From the IMG/VR virus record IMGVR_UViG_3300002460_000008: DNA of 46,810 bases, one strand, 5' to 3'. A program made the position numbers and the translations under genes. Below the pieces are notes generated by a model. The model did not search any database and was not told the origin of the DNA. It worked only from the letters and a program-made list of their open reading frames with translations. Source of the DNA: a virus. Below, piece after piece: positions 17,729 through 27,084 of the stretch. Numbering within the stretch: the stretch's first letter is position 1; each line of letters starts with the position of its first letter.

Positions 17729-19356
17729 TTAACATTCTCAACACGAGAAGAATGAGTGCCACTGAATCGTAAAGTTACGCTAATAATCCTAAATTTCTCA
17801 CCTGAAGTTGAATTTTGTAAGCGAATACGAATGTTATCTCCTGTTACTAAGGGAAAGCCGTGAGCGTATTGAATATCACCAGTAGTTAATGTGGTTCCAC
17901 CCAAAGAGATAGGTAAAGCGGTACTGAATGAATTACCTCTATCTATACTGGTGCTAAGAGACAATGTTGCCGTTCCTTCAACGATATATCCTACTATAAC
18001 CTCAAGAAGTGTTATCTCATCTCCATCATTTTCTCCAACCGCATCAAAACTTTCCCAACTAAATTGAAGTTGATTTCCGTCGAAAATTGTTGAGCTTGAA
18101 TCGAGTAAAAAGGTTTTCTTTGTTGATGTCCCAACAATAGTTTGTAAACGAGAAAATATTCCTGTCTCATCATTCCATGTATCTATTGCTTCATTCCAAC
18201 TTCCAACATCTTCATCCCAAGATATTCCTTGAACAGTTTTGTATTGTCCGAAGCAAGTTATGTTAGGGTACTGCCCTGAACGCCAACGCCTTCTAACTAC
18301 ATCATAGGCGTAATAAAGTGATGGCGCAGTTGAAGCCGAAGAGGTTCCTGTAGGAATTGCTAAAATATATTCGCGAGTAATAAGATCAAATGTGCCAATA
18401 GCGCGGTCATGCCCATTGGGATTAAGATTTGCGAAAATTTCTTCTTTGACATCGTTACCAATAGGATCAAATTTAGAGCCGTCAAAATAATAAATATTTT
18501 CATCATTCCCAGTAAAGAAGTGACCACCGCGCCATTCTGCGAGTGAGTGAGATAAAAGAAGCCCAAGTTGACCAACAAGCTCCGTTGTGTCGAATGGATT
18601 AAATACATCTCCTGTAGCGCGAATATCAACAATGCTTTCTGATTTATAAATAAGTCCACGGAAAGGGCCAAGTTTTTTTATATTCTGGATAGCGTCATCA
18701 CGATCGGCTAAATCCCTATTTCCAGACCCTGTTCCAGTGAAGTTAACAAGTCCATTTTGTGTCCAACGAATAGTTTGAGCTAAATCTTCGCCTTTTTCAA
18801 TCGTATGGGCAAGAACCAAGCGATTATTAATCGTATCCAAACCTTTCGCGGCGACGCCAGCTGTGACTTCATAATGTAAAGCAGAAGTATCTCCCGTCCA
18901 AGCTCTTAACGAATATTGTCTACAAGTAAAGAAGAAAGTATCGTCCATAATTGAAACACTAACCAAATCTTTAGCTGTTCCATCAAGACCATCTTCCGGT
19001 GGGACAATATTCCAAATGTTATTTCTATAATAAAGAAGGTTCTTACTAGTTATAGCAATCGGAATTATAAGCCCATCGCTTTTTTTCCAAATTCCAACCC
19101 AAACAAGTTCCTCATCAAAAGTCGCTCCAAGCTGTGTTCCGCCATAAGCTTTACGGATTTCATTTTTATAAAAAAGAATATCACGCATAGCTGGTGAATA
19201 TTCAGGTGGAATAAGCTCACCTGTCACGTCAACCTTTAAACCCTTGTCAGCCGGTCTTATCCTAACCCTACGATCTTTTAAAAATTCACGCGATTTCGCA
19301 CTTAAGCGTGGCTTGAATTGATTAAGAAACAAGCCACCAAGAAGTCTATCAGCCAT
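17725..19356 (-). CDS. Tail tubular/nozzle-type protein candidate (543 aa)
   Basis: Call is by position only (gp12-like slot before the internal proteins). Beta-rich, Trp/Gly-rich composition. Confidence 0.4.
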   Translation of the reverse strand: MADRLLGGLFLNQFKPRLSAKSREFLKDRRVRIRPADKGLKVDVTGELIPPEYSPAMRDILFYKNEIRKAYGGTQLGATFDEELVWVGIWKKSDGLIIPIAITSKNLLYYRNNIWNIVPPEDGLDGTAKDLVSVSIMDDTFFFTCRQYSLRAWTGDTSALHYEVTAGVAAKGLDTINNRLVLAHTIEKGEDLAQTIRWTQNGLVNFTGTGSGNRDLADRDDAIQNIKKLGPFRGLIYKSESIVDIRATGDVFNPFDTTELVGQLGLLLSHSLAEWRGGHFFTGNDENIYYFDGSKFDPIGNDVKEEIFANLNPNGHDRAIGTFDLITREYILAIPTGTSSASTAPSLYYAYDVVRRRWRSGQYPNITCFGQYKTVQGISWDEDVGSWNEAIDTWNDETGIFSRLQTIVGTSTKKTFLLDSSSTIFDGNQLQFSWESFDAVGENDGDEITLLEVIVGYIVEGTATLSLSTSIDRGNSFSTALPISLGGTTLTTGDIQYAHGFPLVTGDNIRIRLQNSTSGEKFRIISVTLRFSGTHSSRVENVK

Positions 19357-19364
19357 TTTCAGCC

Positions 19365-19895
19365 TTATTCATCTAATTCAAACCATTTATAAAGAGTCTC
19401 TGTTCCAATCACCCTAGTAATCTTGTAATACCAATTATTTGGAACCTCCCCATAAAATGCTATTTGATGAGATATACCGGCGCCAGAAACTGTATTAATA
19501 GCCGTCCCTGAAAGTTCAAACCCTGGTGGGTTAACGGAGCTTGCCCAAAATAGAACCCCAGCTTCATCGGCTGCCGCTCCAAGAATTGCCCCAGATGCAC
19601 GTCTTTTTCTACCACTTGTATTTTGATAAACACTAGCAATCGCTCGTGATCCTGTAACTTCAGTCCAAACTCCTGCTTCAAGTGCAATCGTTGAAGCTAA
19701 TGCAACAGAGAGACTCATAGCTGTAATTGTACCTGATGTATTAACTGAAATACAAGCGCTGGTAATGGAATCAACAGGTGGTAAACCAAATATGTCGATA
19801 ATCGCTTGCTTTAACGCGCGAAGTTGATCGTCGCCAAGACTTCTTGCTGAAGAACCCGTCGGAGTGCTTGGGTTTATCGAATTTGGGAGTGCCAT
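19365..19895 (-). CDS. Hypothetical structural protein (176 aa)
   Basis: ORF track, late operon. Confidence 0.5.
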   Translation of the reverse strand: MALPNSINPSTPTGSSARSLGDDQLRALKQAIIDIFGLPPVDSITSACISVNTSGTITAMSLSVALASTIALEAGVWTEVTGSRAIASVYQNTSGRKRRASGAILGAAADEAGVLFWASSVNPPGFELSGTAINTVSGAGISHQIAFYGEVPNNWYYKITRVIGTETLYKWFELDE

Positions 19896-20525
19896 CTATA
19901 TCCTCGGTGTAATTCCAAAGTCTTGATCCTCCGATTCTACGGTTTCGTCAATCGGAATTGCTGCGATTAATCTATTTACTTTCGCTTCCCATAAGTCAGA
20001 AACTTCATATTCATACAACGAGTGAGAACCCCTTACTAACGCTTTCATCCTAATCACTTCATCCCACTCATCCGGAGTGTCAGGATAGGCAGAAGTAGAG
20101 GAAAAATTCGGTTCAGTAACCTGTTTCCTATACCGCAATCTATACTCCACTCCGGAGGAAGAAGGTGCTGAATCAAACAATAAACTATTTCCAAATCTGC
20201 AATAATGTGTAGGAGAACCAGTGCCAGTATTGCGCTTATCAATAAAACGGAAGCTAGAAGGAATAACTTTTCGGTTATTCGTCGTGTCTTTAAGGGATAA
20301 GACGTGTTTGAGGTTGGTAAGCCCCATTGTTGTGAACGAGATTTCACTTGCATTGACTGAAAGCGTAAATGTTTTCGTGCTTTCAAGTTCATAGAATCGA
20401 AAGCCATACGCAACCTCAAGAAAAGCCTGTCGGAGCCATCCTTCAACTCTGGAAGAAATGTCAGTACGAGTGCGTAACTCTATAGTAGCTTCAGCTTTAA
20501 TTTCAGCCCATGTTTGCCTAGCCAT
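19896..20525 (-). CDS. Tail adaptor / tubular-A-type candidate (209 aa)
   Basis: Size and position only. Confidence 0.3.
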   Translation of the reverse strand: MARQTWAEIKAEATIELRTRTDISSRVEGWLRQAFLEVAYGFRFYELESTKTFTLSVNASEISFTTMGLTNLKHVLSLKDTTNNRKVIPSSFRFIDKRNTGTGSPTHYCRFGNSLLFDSAPSSSGVEYRLRYRKQVTEPNFSSTSAYPDTPDEWDEVIRMKALVRGSHSLYEYEVSDLWEAKVNRLIAAIPIDETVESEDQDFGITPRI

Positions 20526-20836
20526 TAGGTACTTGGTCCGCCATCGTCAACAAACGACAAAGGCGCTTCCGTAGGATACTCATTTGGCCGTAAATCCTCT
20601 CTTGATGGTTCATCAAGGCAATGAGAGACACATACAACGACACTACCACCATCACCCTGCTGACGTCGGAGTTGCGATAAAGGATAAGTGAATCCACAGC
20701 GGGAGCATTCTTCCCATTGCTCACGATAGCGTTTTGAGCGTGCAGTTTGTTCAAGATCAAACTGTTCCTCACCGCCGTAAGTGGCTCCGCCATAAACGCC
20801 AACACCATAATAATTAGTTTCGTTGGTATTAGCCAT
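20525..20836 (-). CDS. Hypothetical Cys-containing protein (103 aa)
   Basis: ORF track; CSRCG...CVSHC motifs. The overlapping ORF 20518..20808 is judged the wrong frame. Confidence 0.5.
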   Translation of the reverse strand: MANTNETNYYGVGVYGGATYGGEEQFDLEQTARSKRYREQWEECSRCGFTYPLSQLRRQQGDGGSVVVCVSHCLDEPSREDLRPNEYPTEAPLSFVDDGGPST

Positions 20837-21242
20837 CTTCCTTCATTGATTCCTTCATAAGTTTATTAAGATACCTTGAAAGCGCCTCACGCCATTGAGC
20901 CATTCCAAAAGGAATTTTTACCTCTTCATCATCAACGTAACGCGCTAGCCATTCAACTTGACTAAAAGGAATATCACACTTGAATATATCTTCCCCAAGA
21001 ATTTCAAGCCAAGCTTGCCAAATTCTACCATCCCTCCTATTCATTCCAGAAGGAAATGACGCTTGAATGATAGACATAATTAATGCAGTAGTAGCTCTTG
21101 TATTAACCTTTTCAGGACAAATGCCGTCAGCATCTCGTGATAAAACAAGTTTATCACCAGGAGAAATATGCAATTCAATAACATCAAAATCGAAGTTAAC
21201 AGCCTTGCCAGAAGCAAAAAGTTTAGTTATTGCCTGGCCCAT
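20829..21242 (-). CDS. Hypothetical protein (137 aa)
   Basis: ORF track. Confidence 0.5.
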   Translation of the reverse strand: MGQAITKLFASGKAVNFDFDVIELHISPGDKLVLSRDADGICPEKVNTRATTALIMSIIQASFPSGMNRRDGRIWQAWLEILGEDIFKCDIPFSQVEWLARYVDDEEVKIPFGMAQWREALSRYLNKLMKESMKEDG

Positions 21243-21261
21243 TTCATCCCTCCATTTTAAA

Positions 21262-21504
21262 CTACTGTAATTTCTCCTGAGTATTTAAAAGCGGTAAAGC
21301 GTGAGTTGAAATAAAATTCTCAATTTGAGCCTTTTGGCCGGTAGTTATATCTTTAGTTAAAATAGCTGTATAACCCTGTCCATCATTAGCGCGAACACCT
21401 CCATTAACAACTATAACCCAACTAGTCCCACTTCTAGTAAATGTAATTGAGTTTATATCAGCTAAAGTCAAATCAAAATAGGTTCTAGTAAATACTTTAG
21501 GCAC
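21262..21504 (-). CDS. Hypothetical protein (80 aa)
   Basis: ORF track. Confidence 0.5.
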   Translation of the reverse strand: MPKVFTRTYFDLTLADINSITFTRSGTSWVIVVNGGVRANDGQGYTAILTKDITTGQKAQIENFISTHALPLLNTQEKLQ

Positions 21505-21518
21505 TATTTATATCCTCG

Positions 21519-22844
21519 TTAACTAGTAGGTGCAGTTGAGTCATAATAAAATGTTGTAAGACGAATAGTTCCAGTAGTTCCAAAACCACCACCGCCATTG
21601 GCAGTTACAATAATATCTGTCGCACCAACATAAAGTGTTGGCTTAAATTTGTCAAAATGATTTTTCAAGTCAGTAGTTGTTCCAGATGTTAATGCCGTGA
21701 GATTCGCAAATAAAGCTGTTGAGGTTTGATCTCCGATTGAAATTGAAGATAATGTGCCATTAAAAGCCGTTGTAACTCTAGAAACGACGTGCCACACCAC
21801 AGAACCAGCAGGGATTAAACTAGAAGCTGTAATTGCCGAAGCTAAATTAACTGCATCTACTGTTGTAGTTACCCGTTTCCAGCCCATCGCTGCACCGTTG
21901 GCGGCGCTCGACAGGTGTGCAGCGGTCCCAAGATACAGCGACGACACCCTATTCGAGGTGCCTCCAAGCGTTTTGTTGGCGTTGTTATCATCCGCAGGCG
22001 TGAAGGCGCCTTGCGGAGACAACGCCCACCCGACCCCGTTCGTGACGTCACCAAAACCGATGTTGTTCCCTGCTTGAGAATAAAGAAGCAGTTGCCCGAG
22101 CGTGGTGCTGACGGTCGCGTTTGTACCGTTATGGAGTAACGAAAGATAGTCCGTCCCGCTTCCGTACACGCGAAAGGTTTGAGGTGTCGTGCCCCGCTTC
22201 TGCGCGAGGATGTTGGCCGCGTCGCGGATTAATGTAACATCACCCCAAGATAATGTAATTCCGGAAGCGAGAGTAAGCGTTACCTCATCAAATTTAAGAC
22301 TATCACTCGATTGAAATGCCGACGTTCCATTTCCATAAGGTATTCTATTTACGGTTAAAGCGTCTAATCCCGTTCCACCATTAGCAACAGGTAAAATTCC
22401 ACTAACATGGGTTGTTAAAGCAATTTTCCCCCATGATGGGGCAGTAGAAACACCACCAGAAATAAGAGCATTTCCAGTCGCAACACCAACCAGCTTTGAA
22501 ATTGTTGCTGTTGCACTTGCATATAACAAATCACCCACAGTATAAGACGCAAATCCAGTTCCACCATTGGCAGCCGGAAGAATCCCTGTAACATCTGTAG
22601 TTAAAACAATACTTCCCCAAGAGGGAAGTGAACCGTTAGAGCGTAAAACAGCATTTGCAGAACCAATACCAAGACCAGCTACAACAGATGCACCTGTCGC
22701 ATAAAGGAGATCACCAGCAGTTAAACCACTAAAACCGCCACTAATTTTAAGTGTCCCATCAGAATTATGAGCTACCTGAAGAAACTGATTAAGAACAGTT
22801 CCCCATGTATTTTGATCGGAAAAATTGGTAGGTAAACGTGCCAT
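21519..22844 (-). CDS. Tail fibre protein (441 aa) with tandem GILPxANGGTG repeats and a GC-rich central segment
   Basis: Repeated ...GDLLYA...PSWG.I.LTT.V.GILP.ANGGTG units are typical of phage fibres. Gly/Thr/Ser/Ala-rich. Confidence 0.7.
   Translation of the reverse strand: MARLPTNFSDQNTWGTVLNQFLQVAHNSDGTLKISGGFSGLTAGDLLYATGASVVAGLGIGSANAVLRSNGSLPSWGSIVLTTDVTGILPAANGGTGFASYTVGDLLYASATATISKLVGVATGNALISGGVSTAPSWGKIALTTHVSGILPVANGGTGLDALTVNRIPYGNGTSAFQSSDSLKFDEVTLTLASGITLSWGDVTLIRDAANILAQKRGTTPQTFRVYGSGTDYLSLLHNGTNATVSTTLGQLLLYSQAGNNIGFGDVTNGVGWALSPQGAFTPADDNNANKTLGGTSNRVSSLYLGTAAHLSSAANGAAMGWKRVTTTVDAVNLASAITASSLIPAGSVVWHVVSRVTTAFNGTLSSISIGDQTSTALFANLTALTSGTTTDLKNHFDKFKPTLYVGATDIIVTANGGGGFGTTGTIRLTTFYYDSTAPTS
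22371..22715 (-). repeat. Intragenic tandem duplication (two units of about 61 aa) in the tail fibre
   Basis: Residues about 44-97 and 104-158 share GDLLYA...PSWG.I.LTT.V.GILP.ANGGTG. Confidence 0.7.
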
Positions 22845-23098
22845 TACTTATCCTTAGTTAATCCTTCCAACATGGTATCGCAGGTATCACCCTTAATAGC
22901 AATTCTTCCATTAACACCCTTATCAGTATTCGCCCACACACTCACAGCGCGACCATAAGGGGTATTCAAAACAATGCAACCGCTATTCGCATCTTTAACT
23001 TTTACCATTTCCCTAAGCTGCTCAGGAGACATACCAGCCATACTCACAGTACCGCATCCCGACGCTAACAAAGCAGCAACTAAAATCTTAATTCTCAT
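22844..23098 (-). CDS. Lipoprotein (o-spanin or exclusion lipoprotein candidate)
   Basis: Signal peptide with lipobox: MRIKILVAALLASGC. Confidence 0.6.
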   Translation of the reverse strand: MRIKILVAALLASGCGTVSMAGMSPEQLREMVKVKDANSGCIVLNTPYGRAVSVWANTDKGVNGRIAIKGDTCDTMLEGLTKDK

Positions 23099-23297
23099 AG
23101 CTAACCTTTTTCTCCCTTAACTTACATTTAGTCATACTATGTTGAACAAGATACTGAGCAAGTTGCTTCCTCGCTGCCGATTGCATTAACCCGCAGCCAT
23201 GTTCCGTTTTAGCTCTTCCTTCCAATTCAATATCCCCTCCGTATTCTCCATTAGGAGACATAAAAATTGTTAAAAGAAATACCCATTCAACTATCAA
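23088..23297 (-). CDS. Small protein with an N-terminal hydrophobic anchor (i-spanin-like candidate)
   Basis: MIVEWVFLLTIFM N-terminus. Overlaps both neighbours. Confidence 0.4.
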   Translation of the reverse strand: MIVEWVFLLTIFMSPNGEYGGDIELEGRAKTEHGCGLMQSAARKQLAQYLVQHSMTKCKLREKKVSYEN

Positions 23298-23566
23298 TTC
23301 TCATTTTCCTTAACATCACACTCATCCGCTTTCTGATTCAAAGCCATTGCTTGATGTCGACACATTATCCTAATAATTCTAGTTCGAGCACTATCTTGTC
23401 TAACATGAGTATTTAACATATTAACTACTGTTGTAATAGGCGACGGGACGTGTCCAGTAAACATTCCAAGAAGAACCATAGCAACTATAATAGGGAAGCC
23501 AAGTGTACTTACAACTTGTGCCCAACCGGGTAAACCGTTAATAGAAATCTTCCGGCGTTCTTCCAT
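23294..23566 (-). CDS. Single-TM protein (holin-like candidate, 90 aa)
   Basis: Start moved to the ATG at 23566, just after the upstream stop. TM segment WAQVVSTLGFPIIVAMVLLGMF; charged C-terminus. Confidence 0.4.
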   Translation of the reverse strand: MEERRKISINGLPGWAQVVSTLGFPIIVAMVLLGMFTGHVPSPITTVVNMLNTHVRQDSARTRIIRIMCRHQAMALNQKADECDVKENEN

Positions 23567-23570
23567 TAGA

Positions 23571-23939
23571 TTAAGTATAGACAATACGGCATATAACCGC
23601 AGAACCAGGATTCGTTGTACCAACCGTTCCACCCGCTGTCACGCAAGCAACTACTAATCCAGTCTCGTAAGATAAGCCACTTGGAATGACAAGTGACCTA
23701 CTAACTCCCTGCCTCACTTCAATAACCATATCAGGAACCGTAGTTCCAACAGTTACCGCGCCGGCTGTGTTATAAAACTTTACATAGTTATCTTGCGCGG
23801 CATTCGCCGTATTATCAACTTCTATCTCGTAAATAACCGTCGCTGATGCCTGAACAGAAATACCTGTACTTTCCAAGTCAGTTTCTGTAAACAGCTTTGC
23901 GCCGGAGACGAACCCAAGGGTTACGTTAGATGTCGCCAA
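23571..23939 (-). CDS. Hypothetical structural protein (122 aa)
   Basis: ORF track; beta-rich. Confidence 0.5.
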   Translation of the reverse strand: MATSNVTLGFVSGAKLFTETDLESTGISVQASATVIYEIEVDNTANAAQDNYVKFYNTAGAVTVGTTVPDMVIEVRQGVSRSLVIPSGLSYETGLVVACVTAGGTVGTTNPGSAVICRIVYT

Positions 23940-23952
23940 TTAGTTTCTCCTT

Positions 23953-24228
23953 TCAAGCATAGTCGATAAAGACAATTCCACTTCCAAGAGTGGAAACACG
24001 GAAGCCATTCGTCCACCATGCGTCAAGAAACACATCTAAACTATTCTTTGCAGTCGGATTAGTCAACTGAAATATTTTAGTACCAGCATCGTCCAAAATA
24101 ATCAATTCATCACCAACACTCGTGATAGATGCCCATCGAATTGATTTAACTTTAATTCTTCCCGTAATCTGTGTAGTCGATGAAACAGTATCAACCAACC
24201 ACGGTCTTTTAGTTAAATCGTTTGCCAA
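23953..24228 (-). CDS. Hypothetical protein (91 aa)
   Basis: ORF track. Confidence 0.5.
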   Translation of the reverse strand: MANDLTKRPWLVDTVSSTTQITGRIKVKSIRWASITSVGDELIILDDAGTKIFQLTNPTAKNSLDVFLDAWWTNGFRVSTLGSGIVFIDYA

Positions 24229-24240
24229 AACCCCACCCCC

Positions 24241-24480
24241 TTATTCCTTTACCATTCTCAAGTTAGCTTGCAAAGCAACAATATGCGCCGCCCGTACAAG
24301 TGCATTAGAAATCTCGATAGCATCATCCTTAGTTTTCAAATCCGTTGCAAGAACACGCATATCATTGCTCGTCGTTAACGTCACCCAAATCTCCCGCTTA
24401 AAATCAGGTTCTAACGTGCTAAAGCGTAGAAGTTCATACTTCTTCAATACCCTATTCATCCACCTAACTACCACATTCAT
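24241..24480 (-). CDS. Hypothetical protein (79 aa)
   Basis: Start moved to the ATG at 24480, directly after the upstream stop at 24482. Confidence 0.45.
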   Translation of the reverse strand: MNVVVRWMNRVLKKYELLRFSTLEPDFKREIWVTLTTSNDMRVLATDLKTKDDAIEISNALVRAAHIVALQANLRMVKE

Positions 24481-24481
24481 A

Positions 24482-25510
24482 CTATCTCGCAGACAATAAA
24501 GCGAGTAAGATGACATTTGTAACTCCAATAGGAGCAATATGGTTTGGGAACATGATAAACGAAATTATAGCAATCGAAACGGCGCACCCCGTAAGAGGAT
24601 CGCCAAGAGACATATAAGGAGCCAACGAATAAGCAAAGCTGGATAATGCAATAAGACCAACCAAACCATATTCAAAAAAGACTTGAATGTAATCGTTGTG
24701 AACATGGGCAAAACCCTCATGTAATGAAACCTTTTCACGATAAATTGTAAACCAAATAAGGGACTTTTTGTTAAAGCTATTAAAACCATATCCTACCAAC
24801 CAGTAAGGCCACCTTAGCGCATAACGAATTGCTAATTCTGCTATCGCCAAGCGTGCCCTGAATGAATCAGCCAATGCCGACTCGACAAATTTAAGCCATA
24901 CAAAACACCAAACAACAGCGAAAACTGGCATTAAGTAAAAACCAACCTGGGGCCAGGCAATAACAGACCCAAAAATCCCTCCCAAGATAGCACCACGCGA
25001 TGTACTTAAAATGAGTCCAATAAACATCGGGATAAACAAATACCAAGTATCCCAAGACGCTACAAGGGGAAGAATTATTGCTAAAAAAGCCCCTAAGTTA
25101 ATTCTATTTCCAAGTGAACCTTGCGTGGGCTCATAGCGTTTTCCAACTCTTTTGTTATAAGACATAACACTCGCATCAACCAAAGCGAAACAAGTTTGCC
25201 CTAAACCCGCAAGGATAATTGACGTTATTAGAATTTCTTTATTAGGAAGGCTGCGAGTGATAAACCAAAGAGCTACAACACAACCCCAAAGTGCAACTCC
25301 ATGGAGGTTATCAGACGATTTATAACGAAGTAAGAGTAATCCGAAGATAAGTCCGAAGGGAAAAGTGTTGATAAGAGCCCAACCAAGAAAAACAAAACTT
25401 AAGAGTATAACTATCCTATCCCGATATGTCGTCCACCCTACAACTTTCGGGTTAGGGTAAAACCCTATTAACGGCGCTGCAAATGCAAAAGCCGCCAATA
25501 TCCACTCCAT
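24482..25510 (-). CDS. O-antigen ligase/polymerase-family (Wzy_C-type) polytopic membrane protein
   Basis: GSLGNRINLGAFLAIILPL, LILSTSRGAILGG, RWPYWLVGYGFNSF and FAHVHNDYIQVFFEYGLVGL match the family hallmarks. Many TM helices. The ATG at 25510 has an AGGAG SD; the ORF is open up to a GTG at 25576. Confidence 0.75.
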   Translation of the reverse strand: MEWILAAFAFAAPLIGFYPNPKVVGWTTYRDRIVILLSFVFLGWALINTFPFGLIFGLLLLRYKSSDNLHGVALWGCVVALWFITRSLPNKEILITSIILAGLGQTCFALVDASVMSYNKRVGKRYEPTQGSLGNRINLGAFLAIILPLVASWDTWYLFIPMFIGLILSTSRGAILGGIFGSVIAWPQVGFYLMPVFAVVWCFVWLKFVESALADSFRARLAIAELAIRYALRWPYWLVGYGFNSFNKKSLIWFTIYREKVSLHEGFAHVHNDYIQVFFEYGLVGLIALSSFAYSLAPYMSLGDPLTGCAVSIAIISFIMFPNHIAPIGVTNVILLALLSAR

Positions 25511-25576
25511 GATCACTCCTATCGGAGATAGGTTAACTCGGTGGTGGATAATTCCACCACCGAGTAAGTCAACCAC

Positions 25577-26131
25577 CTATGTAAAGTCGTACCAGAAATA
25601 TCGGTAAGCGTCGTTACCTACAGTTACGGCAGCACCACTATCATCAATATTGATGAATTTAAACTTAACTTCATTGGTATTATCAACTCGACCTACCAAT
25701 TCAACTGTCCAACCAGTTAATGAAACACCTGTCGTAAAAGACGGCGGCTCCAAGATAATCAAGTCACCAGCCGCAACACCAGTAATGATAGTAGAAATCA
25801 TTACGGTACTTCGAGAGCCTAAAGTATTAGGATTTAACCTAACTGTACCCGTCCGAATATTCTTCGGCCCAGAATACGTAGTCGTTTCGTCCTGATTTGT
25901 TGGCTCAGAAGTTGAAGTATGTAACAACCCATTGGAGTCAATCCACATCCAATAAGTAGTCACTACACCTGCATCGCTAACTGCCTCAAGAACGATACCG
26001 CTTGGTTTATCCGATAAGCCAGTACCGTCCCTTAAAGCAGTATTAAAAGGTGCCCTTACTCGTAGCCACGCTTTACTTGGTCCGCCACCAAAATCGGAGT
26101 AACCGTCCTGCGCTTCTCCCGTTCTAGCCAA
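25577..26131 (-). CDS. Hypothetical structural protein (184 aa)
   Basis: ORF track; immediately downstream of the capsid gene. Confidence 0.5.
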   Translation of the reverse strand: MARTGEAQDGYSDFGGGPSKAWLRVRAPFNTALRDGTGLSDKPSGIVLEAVSDAGVVTTYWMWIDSNGLLHTSTSEPTNQDETTTYSGPKNIRTGTVRLNPNTLGSRSTVMISTIITGVAAGDLIILEPPSFTTGVSLTGWTVELVGRVDNTNEVKFKFINIDDSGAAVTVGNDAYRYFWYDFT

Positions 26132-26160
26132 TCAATTCACCCCCTTTATGGTGGCGGTTA

Positions 26161-27063
26161 TTACGCTGGAGCTGTAAAGTACGTTTCTCTCCAAGAGCCA
26201 AAGCCGGCAACGCAACGGAAGAAGGTCTTAAACATTGCGTCACCAGTACCAAAATCATCACCATTCTCAAACACCGGGCGCTTCCTCCAGAAGAACTTCC
26301 AATCGTGATTTCTTCCGATAAGCGCCCAATTATTCGTATCGGTAGCATAGTGACAGACGAAGAAAGAAAGTTCCTCATCTATCAATGAGTTAATTTCATT
26401 GTTAGAGCTATAAGGCTTATAAGCCGACCCAAGAATTTCCCGAGCAATCCATTTTTGCTCAACCGGAATAATCACACGCCACGGCTTCGCAAGAATCTTA
26501 CGATTCCGTCCATTCACCATCTTTTCAAACGACTCAACAGCAGCTTGCAAGGCAGTAACACTAAGCTGCACGTCCGTTGTAGGACGATTCGCGTAAGTAC
26601 CACCACCTAGAAGTGTATGCGCCGTACTTGCTAATGCAAGTCCGTCAAATCCCGCAAACACCGTTGCATCGGTAGCATTGTTAAAGATACTCCAAAACGT
26701 AGTTTCCACCGTTTCAGCATTGGCGGCAGAAAGGTCTTTTGATGCCTTTTTCATTACATCATAAAGATCATCATCTTGCATTTCACGAGTTACCCTAAAG
26801 CCAAGACCGTAGGAAACATGGGTATAACGCACCGAAGAACCCTGGATAGGATTATCAAAGGTTGTCGGCCCGCCTTGAATCTTCTTAGGAGTCGTTCCAA
26901 GCAACGCAACTTCTAAGTCATCCTCATAGTTTCGCTTAGAAGTGACAATATGTGCAATCTTGTCATACTCCGTTATACGATCCTTCAGATCCTCAGTGTA
27001 AATCTTCCGTAATCCCGGTGCTAATACCGAGCTAAAAGCACCTGTAGAAGTAGGAGTAGGCAT
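26161..27063 (-). CDS. Major capsid protein candidate (300 aa)
   Basis: Position after scaffold/decoration-like genes, size, and a strong SD (AAGGGGGTGA). No motif was verified. Confidence 0.65.
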   Translation of the reverse strand: MPTPTSTGAFSSVLAPGLRKIYTEDLKDRITEYDKIAHIVTSKRNYEDDLEVALLGTTPKKIQGGPTTFDNPIQGSSVRYTHVSYGLGFRVTREMQDDDLYDVMKKASKDLSAANAETVETTFWSIFNNATDATVFAGFDGLALASTAHTLLGGGTYANRPTTDVQLSVTALQAAVESFEKMVNGRNRKILAKPWRVIIPVEQKWIAREILGSAYKPYSSNNEINSLIDEELSFFVCHYATDTNNWALIGRNHDWKFFWRKRPVFENGDDFGTGDAMFKTFFRCVAGFGSWRETYFTAPA

Positions 27064-27084
27064 TTAAGTTTTCACCCCCTTCCT

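Noticed and set aside
21519-22844. Diversity-generating retroelement targeting the tail fibre (suggested by the repeats and the odd-composition segment).
   Set aside because: No reverse transcriptase gene and no template-repeat copy of the fibre segment were found anywhere in the genome. The repeats are in-frame protein duplications.
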